Shown: positions 47,081 to 56,335 of the stretch, in pieces
Position numbering within the stretch: the stretch's first letter is position 1
Layout: every line of letters begins with the position of its first letter
Assembly (NCBI GenBank): GCA_050942745.1
Contig: JBMNNX010000003.1
Coordinates: forward strand, 6,767-70,766
Reading direction: 5' to 3'
DNA from: Myxococcales bacterium
GTDB taxonomy: Bacteria; Myxococcota; Myxococcia; Myxococcales; UBA5297
DNA length: 64,000 nt
Made by a program: the position numbers and the translations under genes
Notes under the pieces: model-generated
What the model was told of the DNA's origin: nothing
Databases searched by the model: none
Seen by the model: the letters and a program-made list of their open reading frames with translations, nothing else

Positions 47081-48373
47081 ATGTACCGCAAAGAAGTCAA
47101 TGCGCAGAGCCCGCTACGCATCCTCGATAAGTCGATTCGCGGCGGGTTGGGCAAGGGTAACCTCGGGGTCGTGATGGCCCGCGCAGGCGTCGGCAAGACC
47201 GCCTTCCTCATCCAGAACGGCCTCGACGACCTGATGCGCGAGCGGGACGTGCTGCACGTCTCCATCGGCCAGTCGGTCGAGTACGTGAGCGCCTGGTACG
47301 ACGCACTCTTCGACGACCTGGCGGCCCGCACGAACCTGCAGGACCGCGAAGGGGTTCGCAGCTCCATCGCCCGTCACCGGATCATCAAGACCTTCCCCGA
47401 GGGCGTCTTCAGCCCGAAGAAGCTCGAAGAGACGCTCGAGCTGTTCGAGAAGCACATGGGCATGAAGCCCCAGGCGATCCTCATCGACGGCTTCTCGTGG
47501 AAGGGGCCCAAGGTCGCCGAGGAGGTGGCCGCGCTCAAGGCCATCGCCCAGCGCGCCAGCGCCGAGCTGTGGCTCACCGCGATCACGCCGCGCGAGCTGG
47601 CCGGCAGCGAGCCGCCCGCCGTGCGCCCGCCGTGCGACGTGTGCCGCGAGCTCATCGACGTCGCGCTCTTCCTGCAGCCGCAGGGCAGCCACGTCGATGT
47701 CCAGCTCGTCAAGGACCACGACAACCCGACGCCCGAGGCGACCATCCTCCAGCTCCACCCGGAGACGATGCGCCTGGTGGCCGAGGGCGAGATCGCAATC
47801 CCCGCGCGCCTGCCGGCCCGCAGCTACACGCTGCTGTCGGGCGGCGCGAACGGGGCCGAGGCCGAGTTCGGCGCCTGCGCCGAGCGCTGGGGGCTGAGCG
47901 AGGTGAACTACACCTTCGCCGGCCGCGGCGCGGGGCATCGCTCCCGCGGGATGGTCGAGCTCTCCGAGGTCGAGCTGATGCTCGGCGACGTCAGCTCGGC
48001 CTACCTCAAGGCCCACATGCACCGGACCTACCCGGACACCCCGACCTTCAAGAAGGTGCTTCAGTCGATCTGGCACCAGGTCAATACCGCCGGCGAGGTC
48101 TTCCACGTCGGGCTCGTCCAGGAAGACGGCACCGCGCGCGGCGGAACCGGCTGGGCCGTCGAGCTCGCCAAGCACTGGGGCAAGCCCGTCCACGTTTTCG
48201 ATCAGGAGAAGAACGCCTGGTTCACTTGGAAGGACGGCGCCTGGGCGCCCGAGGAGGCCCCGGTCATCACCCGCGAGCGCTTCACCGGGACCGGCACGCG
48301 CTTCCTGAGCGACCAGGGACGCGCCGCCATCCGCGCGCTGTTCGAGCGCTCGTTCGGGGCGCCCAGACACTAG
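47081..48373 (+). CDS. fusion protein: RecA-superfamily (KaiC/DnaB-C/RadA-like) P-loop ATPase + SLOG/DprA-like Rossmann domain
   Basis: The AAGGAG RBS overlaps the fusA stop, with a 10-nt gap to the ATG. Walker A LGKGNLGVVMARAGVGKTAF and Walker B QAILIDGF. C-terminal domain SGGANGAEAEFGACAERWG ... GGTGWAVELAKHWGKPVHVF, a pattern seen in DprA/DUF2493/YpsA-type SLOG domains. Confidence 0.7.
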   Translation: MYRKEVNAQSPLRILDKSIRGGLGKGNLGVVMARAGVGKTAFLIQNGLDDLMRERDVLHVSIGQSVEYVSAWYDALFDDLAARTNLQDREGVRSSIARHRIIKTFPEGVFSPKKLEETLELFEKHMGMKPQAILIDGFSWKGPKVAEEVAALKAIAQRASAELWLTAITPRELAGSEPPAVRPPCDVCRELIDVALFLQPQGSHVDVQLVKDHDNPTPEATILQLHPETMRLVAEGEIAIPARLPARSYTLLSGGANGAEAEFGACAERWGLSEVNYTFAGRGAGHRSRGMVELSEVELMLGDVSSAYLKAHMHRTYPDTPTFKKVLQSIWHQVNTAGEVFHVGLVQEDGTARGGTGWAVELAKHWGKPVHVFDQEKNAWFTWKDGAWAPEEAPVITRERFTGTGTRFLSDQGRAAIRALFERSFGAPRH

Positions 48374-48399
48374 CGACGCTTCGACAGCCGAAGGCCAAG

Positions 48400-48441
48400 A
48401 CGGCCGCGCCTGCTCAGTCAGGCGCGGCCGTTTCTTTTTCC
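48400..48441 (+). terminator. canonical Rho-independent terminator
   Basis: 13-bp perfect stem ACGGCCGCGCCTG / CAGGCGCGGCCGT with loop CTCAGT, followed by TTTCTTTTTCCC. Lies 27 nt after the stop at 48373. Confidence 0.8.
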
Positions 48442-48613
48442 CTTCTCGACGCGAGGCCGCTGCCGCGGAGGCGCGGCGGGCGCGGTCCGCCGTTCGTCGA
48501 GGGGGCGGGTCGTTTCCGGAAGGGCACCTCTCCTCTGAAGGGGTCATGCCCCGGAGGAGTGCTCGCCTTACCTCGTGGCCAGACTCGACACGCTTTTCGA
48601 AAGGAGACGGACG

Positions 48614-49081
48614 ATGAGGACCATTCTCGCCGCGGCGCTCGTCTCGGGGCTCGTCGCCGGCTGCGCCAGCACGCAGAAGAGCAGCCCGGAGGCCACCACC
48701 GGGCCGACGGTAGAGCAGACGCGCACCGGCTTCCTCACCGACGTGCGCGCCCAGGAGCTCCAAGTCTTCAGCCCGGACGTCCCCGGGGAGAAGACCATCT
48801 GGATCGCGCGAGACGACTCGACCGAGATCGTCAGGGACGGCCAGCCCATCGCCTGGAACCAGCTCACCGAGGGCGTCCCGGTGCGCGTCTCGTTCGAGCC
48901 GGCGGCGGGGCCGGAGAAGGCGTCGCGGATCGAAGTCCTCACCGGGCAGGAAGCCGAGCAGCTTCGCTCGAGCCTCGGGCAGCAGATGCAGGCGCCTGGG
49001 GCCGGGACCGAGGACAAGTCCCAACCGGCGCAAGGCGACGGCTCGCAGGGTTCGCAATCGGAGGGCAAGACCAACCAATAG
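48614..49081 (+). CDS. lipoprotein, single-copy paralogue of the repeat domain in 726..1478
   Basis: AAGGAG RBS. Lipobox LVSGLVAGC. GFLTDVRAQELQVFSPD...TEIVRDGQPIAWNQLTEGVPVRVSFE...IEVLTGQEAEQL aligns with the repeats of the 726..1478 lipoprotein. Confidence 0.7.
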   Translation: MRTILAAALVSGLVAGCASTQKSSPEATTGPTVEQTRTGFLTDVRAQELQVFSPDVPGEKTIWIARDDSTEIVRDGQPIAWNQLTEGVPVRVSFEPAAGPEKASRIEVLTGQEAEQLRSSLGQQMQAPGAGTEDKSQPAQGDGSQGSQSEGKTNQ

Positions 49082-49191
49082 CCGCGAGCGGCAGGGCCGC
49101 GGCCGTCGATGAGCGCTGCGAACCCGGGCCAGGCCTCCAGGACGGTCTCTACTCGCGCGCCGTCTCGACGGCGCGCCACGGTCTTCTCTCC

Positions 49192-49566
49192 ATGGCATTT
49201 CGCCAAGCCGTTGAATTCGCGGCCCTCGCGGTCGAGGCGCTGGGCGTCGCCACCATCGTCCTGGGGGCGCCGGCCGCGGCGCTGTTCGTCTGGAAGCGCC
49301 ACCGCCTTCGCCTCGACGAGGTCTGGTACGACGCCTTCCGAAGGTTCCTCGCCCGGGCGATCTTGCTCGGCCTCGAGTTCCTGGTCGCCGCCGACATCAT
49401 CCGCACCGTCGCCCAGGAGCCGACGCTGCCCGGGGTCACCGTGCTGGCGCTCATCATCCTCATCCGTACCTTCCTCGCCTTCACGCTCGAGGTGGAGATC
49501 GAAGGTCGTTGGCCCTGGCAGAAGCCGGTCCACCCACCGATTTCGGTGCCGGACGAGAAGGAGTGA
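49192..49566 (+). CDS. DUF1622 family membrane protein
   Basis: ATG at 49192 within the long ORF frame 47497..49566. Three TM helices. RRFLARAILLGLEFLVAADIIRT is the characteristic motif. Confidence 0.7.
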   Translation: MAFRQAVEFAALAVEALGVATIVLGAPAAALFVWKRHRLRLDEVWYDAFRRFLARAILLGLEFLVAADIIRTVAQEPTLPGVTVLALIILIRTFLAFTLEVEIEGRWPWQKPVHPPISVPDEKE

Positions 49567-50510
49567 GGGCCGCGGGCGCTCGCTCGCCCACGAGCGACTG
49601 CGGTCCGGCTCGCTGCCCAGGTCCCGGAGCCGCGCGCTCCACGGCGAAGCCTCCCGATCCTGCCGAGCAAGCCACGGTGTCCGTGGAGATCGGCGCCACC
49701 TCGGCCGTCGGACCGGGCTGAGCCGCTCGAGCGGTGAGAGCCGCCCGATTGGGAAGAGCAGGTCAGCGGGTAGCCGCGCGGAGCCTGCATCCGAGCCTGT
49801 ATCCGAGGGCTCTTCGGGCCAAAGAGGCCCAGGAACGTGCCTGGCTGGCCCGTGGAGCGATTCTGACCCTCCAGGCCTACTTCAATACGGCCGGCGCTCG
49901 AACGCGGCTCCTGGGGCCAACCAAGGGCCTTCCAGGGGCTCTCGCGCACGATCGATAACCACGCGTATCGACAGGAGAATTCTGTCTCCCCAGCGCTCCG
50001 TCCGGCGAAGCGGCTCGCGACGCTCCTCCAACAGCGCCGTTCGCTCCTCGCCCTTGGCTCAGGGGAAACGCGGCGCTCGCGCTGGCACCTCGGGGACGAT
50101 GCGAAGCCCGGGGCGCCGCTCCCCTCCTCCCCTCTCGGGCTCGTGGTCATCGTCCTCCCTCGCCCGCCGCGCTCCTCAGTCCGTGCGCCTTCCGTCCCAG
50201 TCGCCTCCCCTCAGGCGCGCTGAGGCGGTCGCGCCAAGCACGCGCTCCGTTCAGTTGCGCTGCGTCATCCAGCCGGAGGTCCACCATCGCCCCTGCCACC
50301 CACTGCTCCACTGTCCCAAGGGAGGCTCGATAGTCCAGCGCAACGCGCCCCCAGGCCGGCCGGCCCCGGACCGAGCGCGGCGAGCGCCACCGCGCACCGG
50401 GCACTCGCGCGTCCCCCTGTTGCCGCACCTCGAGCCCTCGCGTAGGGTCCGGCTCTTCTCGCCCATCTCGACCGTTGCGGCCTCGTGGCGAACGAGGCCA
50501 CGGAGTCCTC

Positions 50511-52481
50511 ATGTCCAGCGCGATTCTCGTCTCCCTTCTTCTGGCCACGGCGCCGGCGCAGACCGTCACGCCGGGCGAAAACCTCGTCGTCGACGGCGTC
50601 CCACCGATCTCAAGAGAGCTCACCGACCGGCTCCGGCAATACCAGAGCATCCGCTACGCGCAGTTCGAGGATTGGCTCCCCGGTAACGAGGGCCTGCTCA
50701 TAACGACCCGCTTCGGCGAGACCGCGCAGATCCACCACGTGCCCTCCCCCGGCGCGCGGCGCTCGCAGCTCACCTTCTTCGGCGAGCGCGTCGGCGGCGC
50801 CTGGAGCTGCCCGCGCAAGGGCTGCGACTACCTCCTGTTGCTGATGGATGCGGGCGGCAGCGAGCTCTACCAGCTCTATCGCCTCGACAAGGCGACCGGC
50901 CGGCACGTGATGCTGACCGACGGCAAGAGCCGCAACGGCCGCGTCGTCTGGAACCGCCAAGGCACGCAGATCGCCTTCTCGAGCACGCGCCGCAACGGCG
51001 AGGACTTCGACATCTACGTGATGGATCCGCAGAAGCCCGAGTCTTCGCGCCTGCTCGTCGAGCTCAAAGGCTACTGGGCGCCGCTCGACTTCTCGCCGGA
51101 CGGCAAGAGCCTGCTCATCGAGCACTACGTCTCAATCAACGAGAGCCACCTCGAGGTCGTCGACGTCGCAAGCGGCCAGCGCCGACCGCTCACGCCTCCC
51201 GGCGAGAAGGGCGTCTCCTACCCGAGCGCGAAGTACTCGAACGACGGCCGACGCATCTACCTCACCACCGACCTCGGCTCCGACTTCGTGCGCCTCGCCT
51301 GGGTCGACCCCGCCAAGAGCGAGCTCGCGCCCAAGTTCCTCACCACCGACATCCGTTGGGACGTCGAGGAGCTCGACATCTCGCCCGACGGCAAGCTCAT
51401 CGCCTTCACCACCAACGAGAACGGGATGAGCAGGCTCCACTTCATCAAGCCCGACGGCGGGCGCGCGGCCGCGAGCCCGAAGCTGCCGATGGGTGTGGTG
51501 CGGGACATCAAGTTCAAGCCGGACGGCCGCGCGCTCGCCTTCGCGCTCTCCGGACCGCGCTCGACCTGGGACGTTTTCAGCGTCGAGCCGCGCAGCGGCA
51601 AGGTCGAGCGCTGGACCTACAGCGAGACCGGCGGGCTCGACATCTCCAGCTTCGTCGAGCCCGAGCTCATCGAGTACGAGACCTTCGACACGGTGGACGG
51701 CAAGCCGCGCAAGATCCCCGCCTTCGTCTACCTGCCGCCCAAGCGCTTCGAGCCGCCCTACCCCGTCGTCATCACCGCGCACGGCGGCCCCGAGGCGCAG
51801 TTCCGGCCCACCTTCCTCGGCAAGTCGAACTACCAGCTCAACGAGATGGGCATCGCGCTCATCTACCCGAACATCCGCGGCTCGTCCGGCTACGGAAAGA
51901 GCTACCTGCTGCTCGACAACGGTGAAAAGCGCGAAGACGCAGTGCGCGACGTCGGGGCTCTGCTCGACTGGATCGCGACGCGCAAGGACCTCGATTCGAG
52001 CCGGGTGGCGATCACCGGCGGCTCCTACGGCGGCTTCATCAGCCTCGCCTCGATGACGCAGTACAGCGACCGGCTGCGCTGCGGCATGAGCTACGTGGGT
52101 ATCTCGAGCTTCGTGACGTTCCTCGAGAACACCAAGGCGTACCGGCGCGACCTGCGCCGCGCCGAGTACGGCGACGAGCGGGTTCCCGGGATGCGCGCGC
52201 TGCTCGAGCGGATCTCGCCGCTCACCAACGCCGAGAAGATCAAGGTGCCACTACTGGTCATCCAGGGCGCGAACGATCCCCGGGTGCCACAGAGCGAGTC
52301 GGATCAGATCGTCGAGCGCGTACGAAAGCAGGGCGGCCAGGTCTGGTACCTGCTCGCCAAGGACGAGGGCCACGGCTTCGTGAAGAAAGCGAACGCCGAC
52401 TTTGCCGATCTGACGACCATCCGCTTCTTCGAGGAGTTCCTGCTCCCGGCAAGAGAGGTCCGTCGCGCGGGCGGCGAGTGA
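50511..52481 (+). CDS. S9 family serine peptidase (prolyl oligopeptidase/acylaminoacyl-peptidase type) with N-terminal beta-propeller
   Basis: Signal MSSAILVSLLLATAPAQ. TolB-like propeller repeats (SPDGK...). Catalytic GGSYGG, ...QGANDPRV..., ...DEGHGF. Confidence 0.85.
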   Translation: MSSAILVSLLLATAPAQTVTPGENLVVDGVPPISRELTDRLRQYQSIRYAQFEDWLPGNEGLLITTRFGETAQIHHVPSPGARRSQLTFFGERVGGAWSCPRKGCDYLLLLMDAGGSELYQLYRLDKATGRHVMLTDGKSRNGRVVWNRQGTQIAFSSTRRNGEDFDIYVMDPQKPESSRLLVELKGYWAPLDFSPDGKSLLIEHYVSINESHLEVVDVASGQRRPLTPPGEKGVSYPSAKYSNDGRRIYLTTDLGSDFVRLAWVDPAKSELAPKFLTTDIRWDVEELDISPDGKLIAFTTNENGMSRLHFIKPDGGRAAASPKLPMGVVRDIKFKPDGRALAFALSGPRSTWDVFSVEPRSGKVERWTYSETGGLDISSFVEPELIEYETFDTVDGKPRKIPAFVYLPPKRFEPPYPVVITAHGGPEAQFRPTFLGKSNYQLNEMGIALIYPNIRGSSGYGKSYLLLDNGEKREDAVRDVGALLDWIATRKDLDSSRVAITGGSYGGFISLASMTQYSDRLRCGMSYVGISSFVTFLENTKAYRRDLRRAEYGDERVPGMRALLERISPLTNAEKIKVPLLVIQGANDPRVPQSESDQIVERVRKQGGQVWYLLAKDEGHGFVKKANADFADLTTIRFFEEFLLPAREVRRAGGE

Positions 52482-52724
52482 AAGGAATTGACGACCAGTC
52501 GAGGAACCGACGGCCGGGAAAAGCGGCGGGGGAGAGCTATCGACGACGGGGAAGGGGGCCCTCGGTCATGTGAAGAGATGGACGGCGGGCGAGAGCAATC
52601 GACGATTGGGAAAGGGACCTTCGGCGCGTAACGGGGCGAAAGAGTGGACAGCGGACGAAGGAGTGGACGGCGGAGCTCCAGCTCCGCCTCCTCCCCGTGC
52701 TACGAGTCGGATTCCCCTGGCCCC

Positions 52725-53039
52725 TCACGCGCTGATCTTCAATCCCACGCCCCCCATGATGACGAGCGCCAAGCTGAGCAAGCGCACCGGAGCGTGCGAC
52801 TCGCCAAAGGCGAACATCCCGATGATCGCCACGCCCATCGCCCCGATCCCGGTCCAGATCGCGTAGGCGGTCCCCAGCGGCAGCCCGCGGAGCGCGAACG
52901 ATAGGAAGACGAAGCTGGCGATCATCACGACCACCGTCGCCATGCTCGGCACCAATCGAGTGAAGCCCTCGCTGTACTTGAGCAGCACCGCCCACCCGAT
53001 TTCGCACAAGCCAGCGATGGCGAGATAGACCCAGGCCAC
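52725..53039 (-). CDS. sugE: SMR-family quaternary ammonium/guanidinium exporter (SugE-like)
   Basis: The GTG at 53039 is preceded by GGAGG at 6-nt spacing; an alternative GTG at 53057 overlaps the upstream stop. VAWVYLAIAGLCEIGWAVLLKYSEGF...LGTAYAIWTGIGA, four TM helices, 104 aa. Confidence 0.85.
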   Translation of the reverse strand: MAWVYLAIAGLCEIGWAVLLKYSEGFTRLVPSMATVVVMIASFVFLSFALRGLPLGTAYAIWTGIGAMGVAIIGMFAFGESHAPVRLLSLALVIMGGVGLKISA

Positions 53040-53053
53040 GTTCTTCCTCCGGT

Positions 53054-53353
53054 TCACCCCTTCGAGCGGCGCGTGAGCTCGAGCTTCTCTGCGCGAGTCA
53101 ACCGCTTGATCTCCAGCTCGCGGCGCAGCGCCGCGCCACGTTCGCCCACGGTCTCACAGTGGACGACCTCGACCGGCAGCCGCGTTCGCGTGTAGGCCGC
53201 GCCTCGGCCGCTCGAGTGCGCGGCGAGCCGCTTGTCGAGGTCGTTGGTCGCGCCCGTGTACAGCGTGTCGTCCGCGCAGCGCAGGATGTAGACGAGCCAC
53301 GGCGTCTCTCGGGCCTGCTCGCTCGGTCGCTTCTTCTTCGCGGCTGCCATCAC
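53054..53353 (-). CDS. GIY-YIG nuclease family protein (UPF0213-like)
   Basis: 99 aa. WLVYILRCADDTLYTGATNDLDKRLAAH...RRELEIKRL is the GIY-YIG core. Confidence 0.85.
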   Translation of the reverse strand: MMAAAKKKRPSEQARETPWLVYILRCADDTLYTGATNDLDKRLAAHSSGRGAAYTRTRLPVEVVHCETVGERGAALRRELEIKRLTRAEKLELTRRSKG

Positions 53354-53471
53354 CTTCCCTGCAACAAATCGCCGAGGCGCACTCTACCCGGCCGCGCGTC
53401 GCGGAGGGCCCCTGCCCGCTCGTCCCGACGAAACCCACCTTCGCCCCGGCCGCGCCGGCCCCGCCCGCCGG

Positions 53472-54237
53472 ATGCTCCTGTGGCTCGGGGTTTCCGGCGC
53501 GCTCTTCGCGGCACACGCCGTGGTCTCGCCGCACGTCGGCTGCGTCGAGCCCGCGACCGCGTTCCTCGTCGCAGGCGGCCTCTTCCTCCTGCTCGCCGCG
53601 AGCTTCTTCCTGCGCGCGGGGTTGCAGCTTCGCGCCTTCACGCTCGCCAACGCCGAGGCCACCGCGCTCGTCTACGAGGGCCACTTTCGACGAGGCCTGC
53701 GCACGCTTCGAGGCCAACGCCCGGCGTTTCCGCTCGCCGTCGCTGCATCCGATCTCCGTCTACTCGCAGACACCCTTCTACAGCGCGGCGAGCGCGAGCG
53801 CGCCCTCGCTGGTCGCGACCTGCTACGCGCTACTCGGTGACCTCGACTCCGCGAAGGCCTGGCTCCCCGAGGCGCGGCGCGCTGCCGCGCTCATCTCCTG
53901 CGAGATGGCGTTCGTCCCCGAGGTGATCGTCGCCTGCCGCGAAGGTCGCTTCGCCGAGGCCGTCCAGCGCATAGATGAACGTCGCCGGCAGATCGACGGC
54001 TCGCTCGCCGGCAATGACCTGCGCATCCTGCGCATCCTGCGCGCGATGCGCGCCTTCGCCCTCGCGCAGGATGCGACGGGCAGCACGCCGCAACAGAACC
54101 TCGCGCTCTCGCTGGCTCGGCCCACATTTCCCGGTGAACTCGACTGTCTCGCGATGAGGTGGCCTGAGCTCGGCCCGCGTTCGCCGGCGAGCTCGACTAC
54201 CTCGCGACGAGGTGGCCTGAGCTCGGCACTTTCCTGA
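53472..54237 (+). pseudogene. possible frameshifted membrane/TPR-like gene
   Basis: ORF 53472..53840 (2 TM helices, then ...ALVYEGHF) continues sensibly only in the +1 frame: DEACARFEANARRF...CYALLGDLDSAKAWLPEARR...MAFVPEVIVACREGRFAEAVQRIDE. The shift is at the TTT run at 53685-53687. The 3' end contains an imperfect 53-bp tandem duplication. Confidence 0.35.
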
Positions 54238-54269
54238 AGACGCTCGACGCGCGCGAGAGCGGCGCACCT

Positions 54270-54457
54270 GAGCTTGGTACGGCTTGTCCAAGCAACCCGG
54301 GCGAAACTCGGTCAACTCGAGCGTAGAGACGACGAGCGCGAGCCTCGGAGTCGAGGGCATCGCGGATTCGCATCCAAGCTTGTTCTGGACAGAAACCTCT
54401 GGCGCCTCGCCAAAGACTTCGACCCGTTGCTGGCTCGCTGACTACGCAATCTGATTC
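54270..54457 (-). repeat. diverged copy of MITE-like family B
   Basis: CTTGTCCAAGCAAC..GGGCGAAA...GAGCGTAGAG.CGAC.AGCG.GAGCCTCGGAGTCGAGGG.ATCGCGGATTCGC... aligns to the reverse complement of the 40270 element. Ends 3 nt before the stop codon of the carboxyltransferase gene. Confidence 0.5.
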
Positions 54458-54460
54458 TCC

Positions 54461-56005
54461 TCAGACCGGCTGCTCGACCAGCACCTCGTGGCGCTTGCCC
54501 TCGACCTCGATGATGAAGGCCATCTTGCGCGTGCGCCCTGAGAACGGGCTTGCGGGCGCCGGCGTCGGAGCCGCCGCGCTCGTCGCGGGCGCGTTCGCTG
54601 CGGGCGCGGGCGCCGGCTTGGCGCTCTCGGCCGGAGCCTGCGGCGCGGTCGGATCCTTCGGGCCCTCGAAGCGCTTCTTGAAGAACTTGGGCGCCACCCG
54701 CGGGAACATCGCCGCGGTGAGGACGTCCTCGTCGCTTCCGTTGTTACCCTCGAGCGCGAGCGCCTTCTCGCAAAGCTGCTTCCACTCGGGCGCGATGAGG
54801 TCCGCGGGCCTGCTGGCGATGGGCTCCTTGCCGGTCTGCTTGCGCGCCTTCTTCACCACCTCGGCCGAAGGCTGGGCGGGCGTCGCGCCGTAGTAGCCGA
54901 GCACCAAGTCCGCGAACTCGCCGCTGAGCTGCGCGTAGCGGCCCATCAGCACGTTGAGCACCGCCTGCGTCCCGACGATCTGGCTCGAGGGCGTGACCAG
55001 CGGAGGATAGCCCGCGTCGGCGCGCACCCGCGGCACCTCCTCGAGCACCTCCTTGATCCGGTGCGCGGCCTTCTGCTGCTTCAGTTGGCTCTCGAGGTTC
55101 GAGAGCATGCCGCCCGGGATCTGGCTGCGGAACAGGTCGGTGTCCACGCCGACGGTCTGGGTGCGGAAGGCCTGGTACTTCGGCAACACCTTCGCGAAGT
55201 GGTCGCGCACGCGGACGATCGGCTCGAGGTTCAGGCCGGTCGAGTAGCCGGTCCCCTCGAGCATCTCGTGGAAGCTCTCGGTCGGGTTTTGGCCGGTGCC
55301 CAGCGACAGCGCGCTGACCGAGGTGTCGACGCCGTCGGCGCCGGCCTCGATGGCCTTCATCAGCGTGACCAGGGTGACGCCGGTCGTCGTATGGCAGTGG
55401 ACATGGACTGGCAGCTTGGTCGCCTTCTTGATCGCCGTGACGAGGTCGAAGGCCGGCTGCGGCTTGAGCAGCGCCGCCATGTCCTTGATGCACAGCGAGT
55501 CGCAGCCGAGGTCCTCGAGCTGGCGCGCCACATCCACGAAGCGCTCGACGGTGTGCACCGGGCTGACGGTGTAGCAGATGGCGCCCTGCGCGTGCTTGCC
55601 GACGCGCTTGACCGCCTGGATCGAGCGGGTCAAGTTGCGCACGTCGTTGAGCGCGTCGAAGACGCGGAAGACGTCCATGCCATTCGCGGCCGCCTTCTCG
55701 ACGAAGCGGTCGACGACCACGTCGCCGTAGTGCCGGTAGCCGAGCAGGTTCTGGCCGCGCAGCAGCATCTGCAGCGGCGTCTTCGGCATCAGCTTCTTGA
55801 ACTGGCGCAGCCGCTCCCACGGATCTTCATTCAGGAAGCGGATGCAGGCGTCGTAGGTCGCCCCGCCCCAGCACTCGAGCGACCAGTAGCCGGCGGCGTC
55901 GAGGTCGGCGCAGGCGGGCGCGAGGTCTTCGAACGACATTCGCGTCGCCAGCAGGCTCTGGTGGGCGTCGCGAAGGATGACATCGGTCACACGGATAGCT
56001 TTCAT
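54461..56005 (-). CDS. carboxyltransferase, oxaloacetate decarboxylase alpha / transcarboxylase 5S-type, without biotinyl domain
   Basis: ATG at 56005 (MKAIRVTDVILRDAHQS...). HMGL-like TIM-barrel motifs (ECWGGATYD, VHVHCHTTTG). Ala/Pro-rich tail. No EAMKM biotinylation motif. 514 aa. Confidence 0.85.
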   Translation of the reverse strand: MKAIRVTDVILRDAHQSLLATRMSFEDLAPACADLDAAGYWSLECWGGATYDACIRFLNEDPWERLRQFKKLMPKTPLQMLLRGQNLLGYRHYGDVVVDRFVEKAAANGMDVFRVFDALNDVRNLTRSIQAVKRVGKHAQGAICYTVSPVHTVERFVDVARQLEDLGCDSLCIKDMAALLKPQPAFDLVTAIKKATKLPVHVHCHTTTGVTLVTLMKAIEAGADGVDTSVSALSLGTGQNPTESFHEMLEGTGYSTGLNLEPIVRVRDHFAKVLPKYQAFRTQTVGVDTDLFRSQIPGGMLSNLESQLKQQKAAHRIKEVLEEVPRVRADAGYPPLVTPSSQIVGTQAVLNVLMGRYAQLSGEFADLVLGYYGATPAQPSAEVVKKARKQTGKEPIASRPADLIAPEWKQLCEKALALEGNNGSDEDVLTAAMFPRVAPKFFKKRFEGPKDPTAPQAPAESAKPAPAPAANAPATSAAAPTPAPASPFSGRTRKMAFIIEVEGKRHEVLVEQPV

Positions 56006-56335
56006 GGGCTTTGCTTCTAGCCTCGAGGCCGCGCCAATGCAACTTTCTCCAGTGATTCTCAATCGTTAATCGCGCACCCGCGGATCGACGACGGATTCGT
56101 TCACGTGTTCACGAACCCCTGCGCGCGAATCTCCCCCGACCGTTCCGCGTCGCATTCCGGCACTCCGAATCGGTAGAAGAGGAAGGAAATCCGCCGTCTC
56201 GGCGGACCGGCGGCTGGGCGTACGGGTATTCAACCGGCTCGATTCCCCTGCGCCGAATCGGAGTGGCGGGGCGTGCCAACTGCCTCCACAGCCAGCCAAG
56301 CCGGAACCAAAGAGGAGCCGGGAGAACGGGCACCA

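Noticed and set aside
44998-47367. 789-aa minus-strand ORF antisense to fusA, and the 660-aa +2-frame ORF 45192..47174.
   Set aside because: The EF-G frame is unambiguous. The alternatives are Arg/Gly/Asp-rich shadows.
52482-52724. Purine-rich spacer with imperfect direct repeats (GAGC.ATCGACGA..GGGAA.GG..CC.TCGG at 52536 and 52594) between the convergent peptidase and sugE genes.
   Set aside because: The repeats are short and imperfect, with no hairpin or ORF. I could not distinguish them from chance similarity in a 3' intergenic region.
54457-54470. The idea that the family B repeat truncated the biotinyl domain of the carboxyltransferase gene.
   Set aside because: The 514-aa length and architecture match 5S-transcarboxylase-type subunits, which naturally lack a biotin carrier domain. 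No EAMKM-containing remnant is visible downstream of the repeat.
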